The notes beneath the pieces were generated by a model. It searched no databases. It worked only from the letters and a program-made list of their open reading frames with translations, and was not told where the DNA came from. Below, in pieces: positions 52,418-64,000 of a stretch of 64,000 bases of DNA. The stretch is from assembly GCA_964016885.1 (NCBI GenBank), contig OZ024742.1, positions 302,870,001 to 302,934,000 of the forward strand, given 5' to 3'. Within the stretch, counting starts at the first letter, position 1. Every line of letters starts with the position of its first letter. This DNA comes from Eledone cirrhosa. Lineage: Eukaryota. Position numbers and translations under genes: made by a program.

Positions 52418-52894
52418 TTTTAGTGATCAATTATTATTAGGATCATTTACACTGGGAGGAATGCATCTTAATTATACATGTATTATTGTTGATGGGGTAA
52501 TGAATTGCTTATAAAGCGAACACTGCAGTTCGTTCACGACAGTATTTTGAATTCACAACGATGAAATTTGATATCTAAATTGAATGTAATACCCTGTGAC
52601 GCGAAATTCAGTTAGGCTGACATATTAGTTGCCCTACTGGATAGACATAAAGATTCACAACCACTGTATATACATGTATGTTTATATATGTATATACATA
52701 TATAAACATATATAAACTGTAAAATATGAGTCAATTGTATTCCTAGAAGGTATAAAAGATAAAAGGATAACGATCCCATAACTCCTTGTGGAGTCGTAGA
52801 GGCACTGTCAAACGGCGTATATAGGGCACTTTTAAAACTGGCGGACCCCAAACCTCTCCAGGTCTGAACACCATTGATTTTTTCTATAGAGGAA

Positions 52895-53022
52895 TAATCA
52901 ACCATCGTACTGGACCGTTACTTTTATCGACCTCGAAAGGATGAAAGGCAAAATTGACCCCGGTGGGAAGAATACCGTAAAGCATTCTATCCGTCTTAAC
53001 ACCTCTGCCAATTCGCCGCCTA
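52895..53022 (-). mobile_element. Diverged SINE copy
   Basis: TTTTATCGACCTCGAAAGGATGAAAGGCAAAATTGACC ... CTCTGCCAATTCGCCGCC. Confidence 0.7.
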
Positions 53023-53779
53023 TAGAATGTATATATGTACGTAAATATTTTTAACCATATTATCGAATCGTTCAAGTTTGCTTATGCTATAATTTTCAAG
53101 AGTTCCTCCAATAGGAAATATTACTAATAACATACGACGACTATGACAACAACACTAACAACAAATAAAGCAAAATGAAGATAAAAATAACAACTAAAAC
53201 ATAAACAAATGGAAAAGCAATAGAACATTCCCGCTAAATTTCGTATTGCTTAAATAAACGAAATATATATATCGATAATTTTTACCTTAATTAAATGAGC
53301 TTAAATATAATATAATGGAGTCGTTTCAAAAATCAATATTCTCCTAAAATCAAAGTTAAGATATAATAAATATATATAAAATTTATGAAAAATAGTAATC
53401 AATATATAAAACCAACTATATTATTTCTTACTCCTGTTATATATCCGATGTGATTGTAATTGAAAGTCTTCCGGTTCATTTGTTGTTATTTTCATATTTA
53501 GGAAGCTGTGTGTAGTTTATGAGTGGAATACTTTCAAAGAAAATGCGTCTGAATTCCAAAAAGGTACAAAAATTGGAGATATGATTAGGGCTGGAGAAAG
53601 TGAGCAATGGGGTGTAGCACGTGATATGAAAGTTAGTCATGTGAACCGAATATGTAAGATTGTGTTTTGAAAAGGATGACTCATAAGTATTTCGCATAAT
53701 CTCACGCACACATGGACAGATAAACAGGTGTGCACACACACACTATATATATATATATATATACATATACTCATGCTTA

Positions 53780-53880
<101 letters not shown>

Positions 53881-53939
53881 TGTTATACTTTGGGAGGGTC
53901 ATGTTGCCAATAAGAAACACACACACCAGTGTTTAACTC

Positions 53940-54560
53940 CGATTTATTATGAATTAAATTATAAATTAAAATTTTTTATAAATTTCCGGTTGGTTGGTTC
54001 CACAACCGGATCGTTGTTCATATACTGTCAAAGTTCTTTCGTCACACATTCTGTGACCACATCAGTGACCGGGGATTCTTTTCTTTGTTTTGTGCCTCTC
54101 TTTTGTTCTGTCCTACGCCATCTTGTTTTTGTGTGTGTTGTGTGTTTAGTTTGCGCATGTGTTCACATTCGGGTGTCTGTGCGTGTTTTTATTTGTTTAT
54201 TTACATGTTACTAGTTGGTTGTTTGTTCTATGTGTATGTGTTTTCATTTTGTCCTTAATTGTAAGTTGTGATCTTGCTATTCCATTCATGTTTTCTATTT
54301 AATTTTGGTTGAAGTTCATTTATGTTTATTGCATCTGTGATTTGTCTAAACATTGCGTCTTTTCTGTGTGTAGATTCTATTTTTATTTCTATGTTCTCTA
54401 ATATGCCCTTATGTCCTATTTTAGCATGTTGGTAGAGTACTGATGAGTCTTTTCTATCTTGAAGCTCTCGCCAGTATTCATTTAATCGTTCTCTTATTCT
54501 TTAAGAATATAATGTACATTGGTGAGACAGCTCGTAGCATAGCTAGTGGATTCCGGAGGT
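53940..54560 (-). mobile_element. PLE 3' fragment (GIY-YIG C-terminus + pLTR hammerhead) with a short inverted 5' piece
   Basis: Minus 54260-54493 reads ERLNEYWRE...SSVLYQH...FRQITDAINI...PKLNRKHEW; plus ~54514 reads YIGETARS; hammerhead at 54027-54069 (-). Confidence 0.75.
54027..54069 (-). ncRNA. Minimal hammerhead motif (A9 mutated)
   Basis: GTCA-CTGATGT-G-GTCACA-GAATG-TGTGAC-GAAA-GAACTT-TGAC. Confidence 0.6.
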
Positions 54561-54635
54561 TGAGTGTGTGTATGTGGGGATACGCACGTGTGTGTTTCTG
54601 TTTATACGTGGTGTGGATGTAAGTGGCTATATATA

Positions 54636-54709
<74 letters not shown>

Positions 54710-54953
54710 GTTATCAAGACAGTTATTGCTCCAACCAGTGAATTTACCTTTGATAACTATACTAAATATATATACACTCATTAACACACGTAATACACTT
54801 TATAAATCTATAGAACAAACGCAAGCAATCATTGAAAGCCTTATGTGTAAACAATGCACGCGGAACTCAAAGCTCCTAGTGGACAAGTTCATCGGATTCC
54901 AAACTCGTAAAAAATTACATTCGTAAAAACCGATATATATATATATATATATA

Positions 54954-55151
54954 TAGGAAAAGGTATGACCCCGACGGCAGAGCTCAAGCCATTCCGACGG
55001 CTATTTCTGAGTCCAGAGAATAAGCCGTCGAAACAGCTTAAGCTCTGCCGTCGGGGTCATGCCTTTTCTTATTACCCACTCTACTACCCTAAGTATTGAG
55101 TATTCTGGTGTGTTATGGTCCATCTGGTTCCTTACCACAATTCCTTCATTA
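54954..55151. mobile_element. Hairpin mini-PLE, second copy
   Basis: Inverted arm 54954-55009 and forward arm 55010-55151 (hammerhead 3' half + ~80-nt tail homologous to 1065-1202); (TA)n on both sides. Confidence 0.87.
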
Positions 55152-55445
55152 TATATATATATATATATATATATGTGTACATACGTGTTCATATATCAGT
55201 TTCAATAACGTAATGAGGCAAACTCATAAATTGTCAATCCTGGTCTGTCTCCAGATTTCTGGTAAGAAATTATATAAAATTCTCGTTTTCTTCTCATTTC
55301 TCCTCATCAGTAACCAATCAGCAATTCGAAAACATTAAAGTCTAACTATTTCCTGTCAGATAAAGGTATATAATAAATTTTCTCTAGTCTGACTCCCACC
55401 ATACATTTTACATTATGCTGGGGAGTATGTCATATATATATATAT

Positions 55446-55566
55446 AGGAAAAAAGTCAGGACCCCGACAGCTGAGCTCCAGCTGTTTCGACAGCTAGATC
55501 CGAACGAAACCAGTAGTGTTAGGACGGTAGTGATCTAGCTGAACTTATCAAGGGGTACAGTCCATA
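55446..55566 (-). ncRNA. Type I hammerhead with U3:A8 core (UUGAUAA) from a diverged PLE family pLTR end
   Basis: Minus strand: ACCCC-TTGATAA-GTTCAGCTAGATC...GATCTAGCTGTC-GAAA-CAGCTG-GAGCT-CAGCTG-TC-GGGGT..TTCCTA(TA)n. Confidence 0.82.
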
Positions 55567-55967
55567 TATGGACATGTAATCAAAACATAGCAGTAGTATC
55601 ATATCAAACAATCCTAAACATTGTTGTTTTTCTTTTCTGTCACGGGGAGTGGTCAAAGATTTTGGAATGTCGTATACATAGTTAAATTCCTTCATAGCGG
55701 CGGGTGGAGGTGAGGGTGGCTGGGCTTGGCTGTAGAACAAACGTGATGGAGTAAGATGACATTCTGATCTGTGGATGCCAGGCCACTCATGCGTTAAGGG
55801 AGAATTCTTTACAGCTATCTCTAAAGGGGGTAAGAACCTATGAGAAACAAGGAATATTGTAGAGTGAAAATGAATATACCAGGTCTCTCTCTATATATAT
55901 ATCTTCATACTGTCAACAATACCCACTTTGTGGTGTTCACATGACTTCATTATATTTCCGTTCAATA

Positions 55968-56160
55968 GGTCGGTGGATTGGCAGTATCGGTAGAGGGTCG
56001 GACGCCATGCTTTGACGCATAGAGTTACGGCCCTTGCTATTCTGAGTTCAAATCCCGCCGAGGTTAACTTTGCCTTTCATCCTTACGGGGTCGATAAAAT
56101 AAAGTACCAGTAATGAACTGGGTAATTGCTGGCCTTGTGCCAAAAGTAGAAACAATTATA
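55968..56160 (+). mobile_element. Nin-domain tRNA-SINE with TSD ATTATATTTCCGTTCAAT
   Basis: Consensus match; TSD at 55949-55966 and 56155-56172. Confidence 0.9.
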
Positions 56161-57795
56161 TTTCCGTTCAATTGTTTTAAAACTTTACTGATTATCTTCA
56201 GTTCATTCTGGAATGTTGATTAATTTGGAATTGTTGCATTTCAGAAGATTATTGAAGCTGAGCTTTATAAACCCTACAAAAAATAAACGAACGAATATAG
56301 CCGCTCAAATAACACTTTCTTACATTCTTTTTTATAATTGATGTTGTGCAAAACATGCGTTTGTGTAACATTCTGTACTAATTTACATAATTACTCTAAA
56401 TGGATTATTTTTCTAATTATCCACTTTTTCTTGTGGCTGTAGACTTGCTCGCGGGTATACTATATTCTCAGTTTTCTACTAATAAAGTTTATCAATAAAT
56501 TTACTAAACCTAAACCATTCTTCTCGAATAGATGTGTCCCTATACGCCATTTGTGTTAGTTACATGAAAAACTGTGGCGTAAAACGTTTAAGATTCATGC
56601 ATACATTCAATAAATAAATTTATCTGGTGGCACACAAGTCCTATTATCTCTACTTTGACACTTCCTTGTTCTGGCCGAAAATATTGCAAAACCAGGAGAC
56701 AGCTAGGTTAGTTATTTGTCATATAAAAGTATGTTTCATAGAGTTTTACCATGTCTATGTTTAGCCGCTGGAATTTTCTGGCTACCTGCGTTGTTCTACC
56801 TTCTGATCAAACAGATCAACCATGATTCTGAATGTTCGTAACAGTAACACTGCCTATGTGTAAATCACCCTTGAATATAAATCAGTACTTTCATTGTCAC
56901 CTTCTACAGTTTTGCTTTCTTGAATCATAGTACGTCGCAGTAGCTTAATCTATTGATATTTGAGGCACAATTTCTATCATATTTTACAGAAAACTGGATC
57001 ATCAAATCTCTACCTAAACTGCTTCTCAAATACGAATCTTCATCCATATGAGTCTTCACTGAAGCAGTCTTTGTAAAGATACTCGAAAACGTCACTTGTT
57101 ATTTAAGTAGATTTACAATTATATTCTCCCAGCTGGTTTCAACCACCAACTCTTCATCCCTACAGGTCGTGTGTAGAACAAGAAAATATAATGAAATGAT
57201 GAGGTATCGGTAGTGTATTGTATCATATGATATGGGGTTATACAGCTGTATCGCGATATACAGCTGAATGGCAGTATTGAACTATAGTGATATATGATTA
57301 GAATCATATAGCTTTACGGATGTACAGCAGTATTGCATTTGTGTGATACACGGCTGTACGAGAAGTATGCTATTATGGTGACGTGCATATGTCCGACAGT
57401 ATTTGGACTATAGTCATATACAGTTGTATGACTACTTTATAGTGAAAATATTGGTTATGGTTAGGATTAGTATAGCAGTATTGTACTATAGTGATATACA
57501 TCTCTATAACATGTTTGCCATTCCCTATGTACTTATAGGTAAATATCTGTTGACATATAAGGGACAGATGTGTAACTATTTCAAATGTAGCTTCTACATT
57601 AAGTACCACCCTCTTAGACTTCCCAAATAAAATGGTGTTATTATATTTCGGGTGTATCATCCATTATAAAGGGATCCAATATTTACAACCACACACGCGT
57701 TGGACATAGCCAATTTATATATTTTTCAATGCTTCAAGCAAACCACAATACACACACACTATATATTTTCAACCGTTCAACAGACTGGCAGAAGT

Positions 57796-57836
57796 CTGTC
57801 CTGATAAAGGGAAATGACCCAGAAACATGTTGATTG
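57796..57836 (+). ncRNA. Degenerate minimal hammerhead motif
   Basis: GTC-CTGATAA-AGGG..CCC-AGAAACATGT-TGAT; G8>A is uncompensated; ~100 bp upstream of (TA)n. Confidence 0.4.
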
Positions 57837-57929
57837 TTCTTCCAAGCCAGTGTTGAACAAACAGATGACGATCGGTCACCGGCACGGCACACCACAGCTT
57901 CAAATCGGGCCTTGAACTTTAATCTGTTA

Positions 57930-58015
<86 letters not shown>

Positions 58016-58739
58016 TGTATGTATGTATGTATGTATGTATGTATGTATGTATGTATGTATTATGTATGTATATACTATGTCCGTTCGTGTGTCTTTGCTT
58101 GATACTTGCGGTAATAAATTCATATTTTCTGTCGATTAATATAAAATATTCTTGTATATTTTCAGTAGACTTTAAATGAGTCCATAAGCTAAATGTTTTT
58201 GTTGTTGTTTGGGCTGTGCCAGTTCTGACTGAAAATTTCTGTAACGAACGATATTCCAATACTGACCAATATATATTTATATCTATCTATGAGATGAACT
58301 GACAAACGTATTTGTTCCAAATCTTTGTGTCCTCAGTTCAAATATCGTGGAGGTCAATCTTTTCTCTTACACTTCTGTGGTCGATAAATGAAGCTAAGTC
58401 CAGGAGAGGGGAATTGTCCAAATTGTTAAAGTTTCGAAATGGGTGGCTTACGGTTTCTCATTTGACAGTGTATGTTGAAATCCTACAGCCTCTTTCACAG
58501 GAAATAGGCAACGCTTTTGCCACGAGTTGCGATTGATGGATAATATCATCAACATATAGACGAACAAAAAATCATTCTCCCATGTTCCAGCATAGAATAT
58601 CAGTTTATTTACGAATTATTTGTTGTTCATTCAACTCCGGCATTTTAAAGAGAGTTTCGAGTGATTTGGGGAATTTGATTCTTGCTCCCGACTGGTTGGG
58701 TCTTGTAGAGATGTGATCTATATAGCCTACACGTAAAGT

Positions 58740-59000
58740 TGCTCGGCTTAGTGGTTAGTGTATTCAGCTCATTCGGTTGTGAGCCCGAATACTCATTGGT
58801 CATTCTGATCGTGAACAAGACACTTCATTTCACGCTGTGTCAGTCTGCTCAGATAGCAATTATGAGATGTAACTGTAACTCAAAGGATCAGCACTGTCAC
58901 AGGCACACTGTTTCACGCGGAACTATGTATAAGATACACATGTGTCGAATAGTCAGCCCCATGCAGTTTGATTTGATGAGCAGGCTGATCTACTGTTCAA
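58740..59000 (+). mobile_element. Second, older tRNA-derived SINE family (CORE-like), decayed
   Basis: A box GGCTTAGTGGTTAG; AACAAGACACTTCATTTCACG..CAGTCTGCTCAG central block. Confidence 0.5.
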
Positions 59001-59788
59001 AAAATTGGAACACGCGTCGTCAGAATCTATAGATGTCGAACAAGGATATACAGCTCACTTGACTAAACTTTCAACAGGTCTGTGTTTGTGTTTTTGGAAA
59101 AAGTTTAATGTAAGACAAATGTACTTCTAGAGGTTTCTTTTATGATTGAAACAGAAATATTTTATTTGAGACATTGCCTATCAGCTAACCTAAATATCTA
59201 TTTTATTGAACTGTCATATCATTTATTAACATTCTGGTGACACTTCGTTTCTTTATAAATTCCATGGAAATTCCAGTGACATAACTATGCTTGTCATTCT
59301 CTTTCCTAAATCTCAGTATTGATATTTATCATTTAAATTTGATAGGATTTTACTCACACTATAAGGAACGAGGTACAATATTTCTATACTAGATGTATTT
59401 TTCATATTGTATACAACACTTAGTCTGCTTCTCTGTTTCGAAAGCCTCAATAGCTCCTCACATCTTGGAGAAAAATAATCCTCGTATCTTTCGCTAGCTT
59501 AAAATTATCAAACAATGAATGGAAATGAACGGATTAAGGAAAAACAAATCCTAATATAAAGAAAAGAAAAACACATTACACAGTACATTTAGAAAGTGTA
59601 ACGTTACGGTAAATATGCAGAAATATTAATAATAAACGAAAGTATAACAAACAACATAATGTTAGTATACTTAAAATCTCTCATATATTCATATGTGATA
59701 GCAAATACGAATGAGGCATGTCTGTCTGTCTACCTGTCTGTCTGTCTGTCTGGCTGTCTGACTGTCTGTATGTATGTACGTATGTATG

Positions 59789-62700
59789 TTTTTCTGGTTT
59801 TATAATTTCACAAATTTTTGCCAATAGAGAGAGAGTCGGTTTCTAACAGTTACAATTTACTAACATCATTAGAATTTACACATCAACTAGGTAGATATGT
59901 ATGCATGTCTGCATGCATGTGTAGGTATGGATGTTATTGTATGTGAGCATGTGTATATGCTTTGTATCTGTACATGTTTATATAAAGTTATTAGATGCAA
60001 CATTTTTGGAATGTTTTACATATTTTTACTGTTCCATTAATGGATTGTACTTGTAGTTTCCTAACTAGTTGTGTTCTTTCTGTTCCCGCGAAATTTCCCG
60101 CGAAATTTGTATTGAGGAAGTTACTAACATATCCCAGTGTCCCAATAATCACAGGCATAAATCTGAAGGTATAATCAGGGTGGAGTATCTGCAGATTTCT
60201 CATCAGTTCTGCATAAATATTCTCCTTTTCGCTAATCTTTGATATTATATTGGCATCTGTTGGGCAGCTAACTTCCACTACTGTGCATGCCTTCTTTTCC
60301 CTGTCCCATATCATTATGTCTGGTCTGTTATGCCGGCATTTTATTTGGGTTTTTACTGGAACATTCCACCAGTACTCTTTCATATTATGTATATGTATGT
60401 CTTCCACATTGCTGTAGCTTTTAATGTGTTTATTATCGGGGCTATCTTTTCTACGGATTGCATTGTACAGTGTTTTGGCCACTACATCATGCCTCATAGG
60501 TAAATAGTACCGCGATGTCATCTTTGGACAGCTGCTTATGACATGGGTGACATCTTCGATGTTAATTTGCAGAGTCTGCACTTGTTATCACATCTAGGTG
60601 TTTTGCCTGCATCCCTATCTCTTTTATGAATCAGGTATTTCGTGTTGATTTCCTGTTCTTGGATTGTAAAAGCGTATCCTTCAAAGTGAGAGCCAATATA
60701 GCGGTTGTTGGTCCAAGATAGACTACTTCCTTTATCTATACTACTCTCACTCTAGAGCTTCCTGGCAACATATCTATCCATGATTTTTTGCTGATAAGCA
60801 TGCAGTTTTTCATCCATGGATTTACTGCGATACTGCTGAGCGACTTCCCTGGGTGTGAGATTTTGATTATCACACAGGGAATATCTCTCGGGGAGTTCCT
60901 TCCCAACTCTCTGTTTCATGCAGATAGACTTGCTGGAGAGACGGGTTCCTACGCTTCGAGGTTCGTAGATGTTGTCGGAGGGATATGATGCGACATTCAA
61001 ATGCTGTCTGGACTGATGTTAGACCTCTACCTCCCTGCTTACGTTTCAAGTAAAGGCGGTCAATATCACTCTTGATGTGGAAGTTTCCGGTGTTGTTTAG
61101 TAATTTTCGAGTAGTAACATCAACTGCTCGGATTCCAAACGTTGTTGTTAGGACAGGCACAGCAAACACATTGTGAGCCACTGTTTTGTTTTGCGCGGAG
61201 TGTTCCGATGACCATATCTTTCTTAATCGGGTGTAGTATTCACTGGTTACGAGTTCCTTATTACAGATACCATTATAGGAAATGTTCTCATCTATCCCTA
61301 GGTATCTGTAGCAGTCCTCATCAGATATCAGTGAAACAGTTAGGCCGTTGATGACAATGTTGCTAGATTAGGTTGTTGTTTTCCCCCGCTTTACAGTCAT
61401 ATATGAGCATCTATCTTGGCCAAACTCCATTCCTATATCCTTTGAGAACGTTGTAACCAGGTCAAGATTTTTCTTCATCCCATCCATGTTCTTGGCATAG
61501 AGAGTTTCAGATCATCCACAAATAAATTATGGGTTAAGTTCGTATTTCTGTCCTCCTGTGAGCCAATAATGTATCCTTCACATTTCTTTAGCAGAAAGGA
61601 CAGGATAAATAATATCACCGAGAGACTGTCTCCCTGAAATATACCCCTGCGATATTTTATTTTATCAGTGAAAATAGAGTCCTCCTTCTCTGTCTTTAAC
61701 TTTATAACATCATCACAGATGAAAAAGCAGCTGGAAAGAAAGGGGTTTGGGGTTGTGCTGAACAACTCCTAATCAACAAAGACAGCTTCTCTATGGCTCT
61801 GATAATAATGTCTGGAACTTTGCAAGACGGAGGGCCTCTATCATCCAAGAGTGGGGAACAGAATCGAAAGCTTTCCTGTAGTCCAGCCAGACTGTAGCCA
61901 TATTCCTCCTAAGTTGTCGCATCTCCAACATCGCAGTTTTGTTGATTAGGAGTTGTTCAGCACAACCCCAAACCCCTTTATTTCCAGCTGCTTTTTCATC
62001 TGTGATGATGTTATTATTTTCACAGTGATCCCGCCGAGGTTAACTTTGCCTTTCATCCTTACCGGGTTGATAAAATAAAGTACCAGTAATGCACTGGTTA
62101 ATTGCTGGCCGTGTGCCAAACGTAGAAACAATTATTTTCAGTGATCTTAGAGGAATAGGTTCAGGCAGGCTGTATACATCTTATACATCAGTTTCTGGCA
62201 TGCAATAGGTTGGTAGTTTTTAGCGAACTGGGTGTCTTTGTTCTTGGGGACCAGTAATGTTTGTGCTAATGTCAACCATTCTGGTATAAGTGTATCTCCC
62301 TTAAGAACTTGTTGGTAGAGGTCAGTAAGATACTTCCGGTAGAATATCAGTTTTTTGTATCAGTAGCCGACAATCATGTCTCTTCCTGGTGTTTTCTCAT
62401 CTTGGAGTTTTCATATCCCAGTCTCAAGGGTACCCTCACTTATTTCGTATGTTTTTATTGTAGTGTAGGAACAATAGTTCTTTCGGATTTCTTTCAGCCA
62501 CACTGAATCTTGGTTGAAATTCTTCCTTTAACCCTTTATTTTTCTCCAAAAGGAATCTATATCTCTCTGGGATGGCGCCTCAGTGACACTTATTATTTTG
62601 TGCTTCAGACTGATGTTTGGTTTCGTCTGAATCTTTTATTAAGCACTTTTCTTTCATCTACCTTCTTCAGGTATCGGCCCTTTTCGCTGACAACTCTCAA

Positions 62701-62895
62701 TTCTTGTTTGAGGGTGATCAGCATATATTGAAGAGTTCTGGTTCTACTGTTACCAAACACCATCTCGATTTTATTTTTCACTCTTTGTTGGTGAGGCGTG
62801 AGGTTTTTTGGTGTTTGTTTGTTTGTAAGGAGCATTGTCACATATCCTATGGTTTTTCGTAGGTCAGCAATCTTTTTTCCTATTTTAGTTATATA
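59789..62895 (-). mobile_element. R4-like RLE retrotransposon in (TACA)n, sister copy of 34421-37602
   Basis: Colinear with 34421-37350, same 3' end TTCTGGTTTTATAATTTCACAA; GIFQGDSLS, FVDDLKL, YYLPMRHD, HNRPD, VEVSCPTD. Confidence 0.88.
62029..62135 (+). mobile_element. 5'-truncated Nin-domain SINE inserted in the R4-like element
   Basis: Absent from the sister copy at ~36590; imperfect TSD ATTATTTTCA(CA)GTGATC. Confidence 0.85.
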
Positions 62896-63240
62896 CTAGC
62901 AGAATGGCCCGGCGTTGCTCGGTATTTGCTGTAGGGTTCTTATATATTTGATATATATTTATCCATCTTGAGCCTCGTGAAGTAAATACGATTGTTTATA
63001 TTTTGTTATTGTGTATGCAAAAATATCTGTACACCAATATATAAATAACAGTACAGAGAAGTAAGGAACACCTCGGCCTCGGGTTGGTGTCTACATTTTG
63101 TGCTTATAAAAAAAATTCGTCGTACATTACCAGGGTTTTTTTCCGTTTGAAGAAAATCAATACTTTATCGCGAAATAAATACTTTTGTTTATATGTGTAT
63201 GCAAAAATATCTGAACACGAATATATAATAATATATATAT
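62896..63240 (-). mobile_element. Non-autonomous Helitron 3' end (5' boundary uncertain)
   Basis: Minus strand ends CCGAGCAACGCCGG (hairpin) GCCATTCTG-CTAG|T; similarity to the R4 sister copy stops exactly here. Confidence 0.6.
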
Positions 63241-63556
63241 AATATATACGATATTAAATAAATGGAAACTATATTTATAAAACCATATTTATTTCATTAT
63301 ATATATTTCAGGGATATCATATTAACAATATGTTATGCCTTCTTCAGACAGTTTTATATCAGTTATAAATATTTACTAGTTGTAACCCAACAATTTAAAT
63401 ATAACTTTCCATATATAATATATATATATATATTTATTAAAATAACAGATTAAAATTTAAGCACAGAATCGCTGCTTTCACCCTTAACGGGATCTTCTGA
63501 AACTAAAATAATATATCTGTGAACGCAGAAGTAAATATTTCGAAAAACGTTACACA

Positions 63557-63636
<80 letters not shown>

Positions 63637-63800
63637 CGGGTAAAATTCCCGAGGTCCATGGACGAGTTCTCTCCAGCGGTCTCTGTCCCTCATTATCGCT
63701 GGCATGTCCTGCATCTCAAACAGAGGTTATATTTAATTTGTTGGGATATGTATAATAAAATAAATATGGTTTTATAAATATAGTTTCCATTTGTTAATAT

Positions 63801-63841
<41 letters not shown>

Positions 63842-63922
63842 TATATATACATATACACACACACACACACCACGTCATAATGACGTAATGCAGACAGCCA
63901 GGCATACAGACAGATATTATAA

Positions 63923-64000
63923 GGCGGTGGATTGGCAGTATCGGTAGAGGGTCGGACGCCATGCTTTGCAGCACAGTTACGTCCCTTTACGGACTGAGTT
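63923..64000 (+). mobile_element. Nin-domain tRNA-SINE, 5' part (runs off the window)
   Basis: GGCGGTGGATTGGCAGTATCGGTAGAGGGTCGGACGCC...GAGTT. Confidence 0.85.

Noticed and set aside
57055-57100. CTGAAGC...CGAAAACGTC hammerhead-like string
   Set aside because: Core mismatches and no stem I.
58200-58720. Possible decayed mariner transposase (SPLLDLASFIDH resembling YSPDLAPSDYH)
   Set aside because: Single weak motif, many stops, no TIRs seen.

Overview
AT-rich, microsatellite-dense eukaryotic (animal) DNA. The Nin-domain tRNA-SINEs and repeat spectrum suggest a cephalopod such as Octopus (inference). I found no convincing host protein-coding gene; the window is almost entirely retroelements. 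Contents: a near-intact Penelope-like element (PLE; RT + GIY-YIG, Naiad-like) at 1-4650 with direct and inverted pseudo-LTRs; a second decayed PLE with inverted pLTRs (41270-45625) and several PLE remnants; a near-full-length Tx1/L1-clade LINE (13072-19310) plus three partial relatives; five R4/Dong-type RLE retrotransposons sitting in (TAA)n or (TACA)n microsatellites; CRE-clade fragments; many SINEs; a tiny Tc1/mariner-type MITE and a Helitron 3' end. Most notable: (1) about nine hammerhead-ribozyme motifs, including an extended type I hammerhead with a non-canonical U3:A8 core (UUGAGAA/UUGAUAA) that shows stem covariation between two PLE families; (2) hairpin mini-PLEs in (TA)n built from the ribozyme 3' half plus an ~80-nt tail, one starting at the predicted self-cleavage site; (3) the SINE shares its 3' end and ATTAT target with the Tx1 LINE; (4) retroelement families are partitioned among different microsatellite targets.
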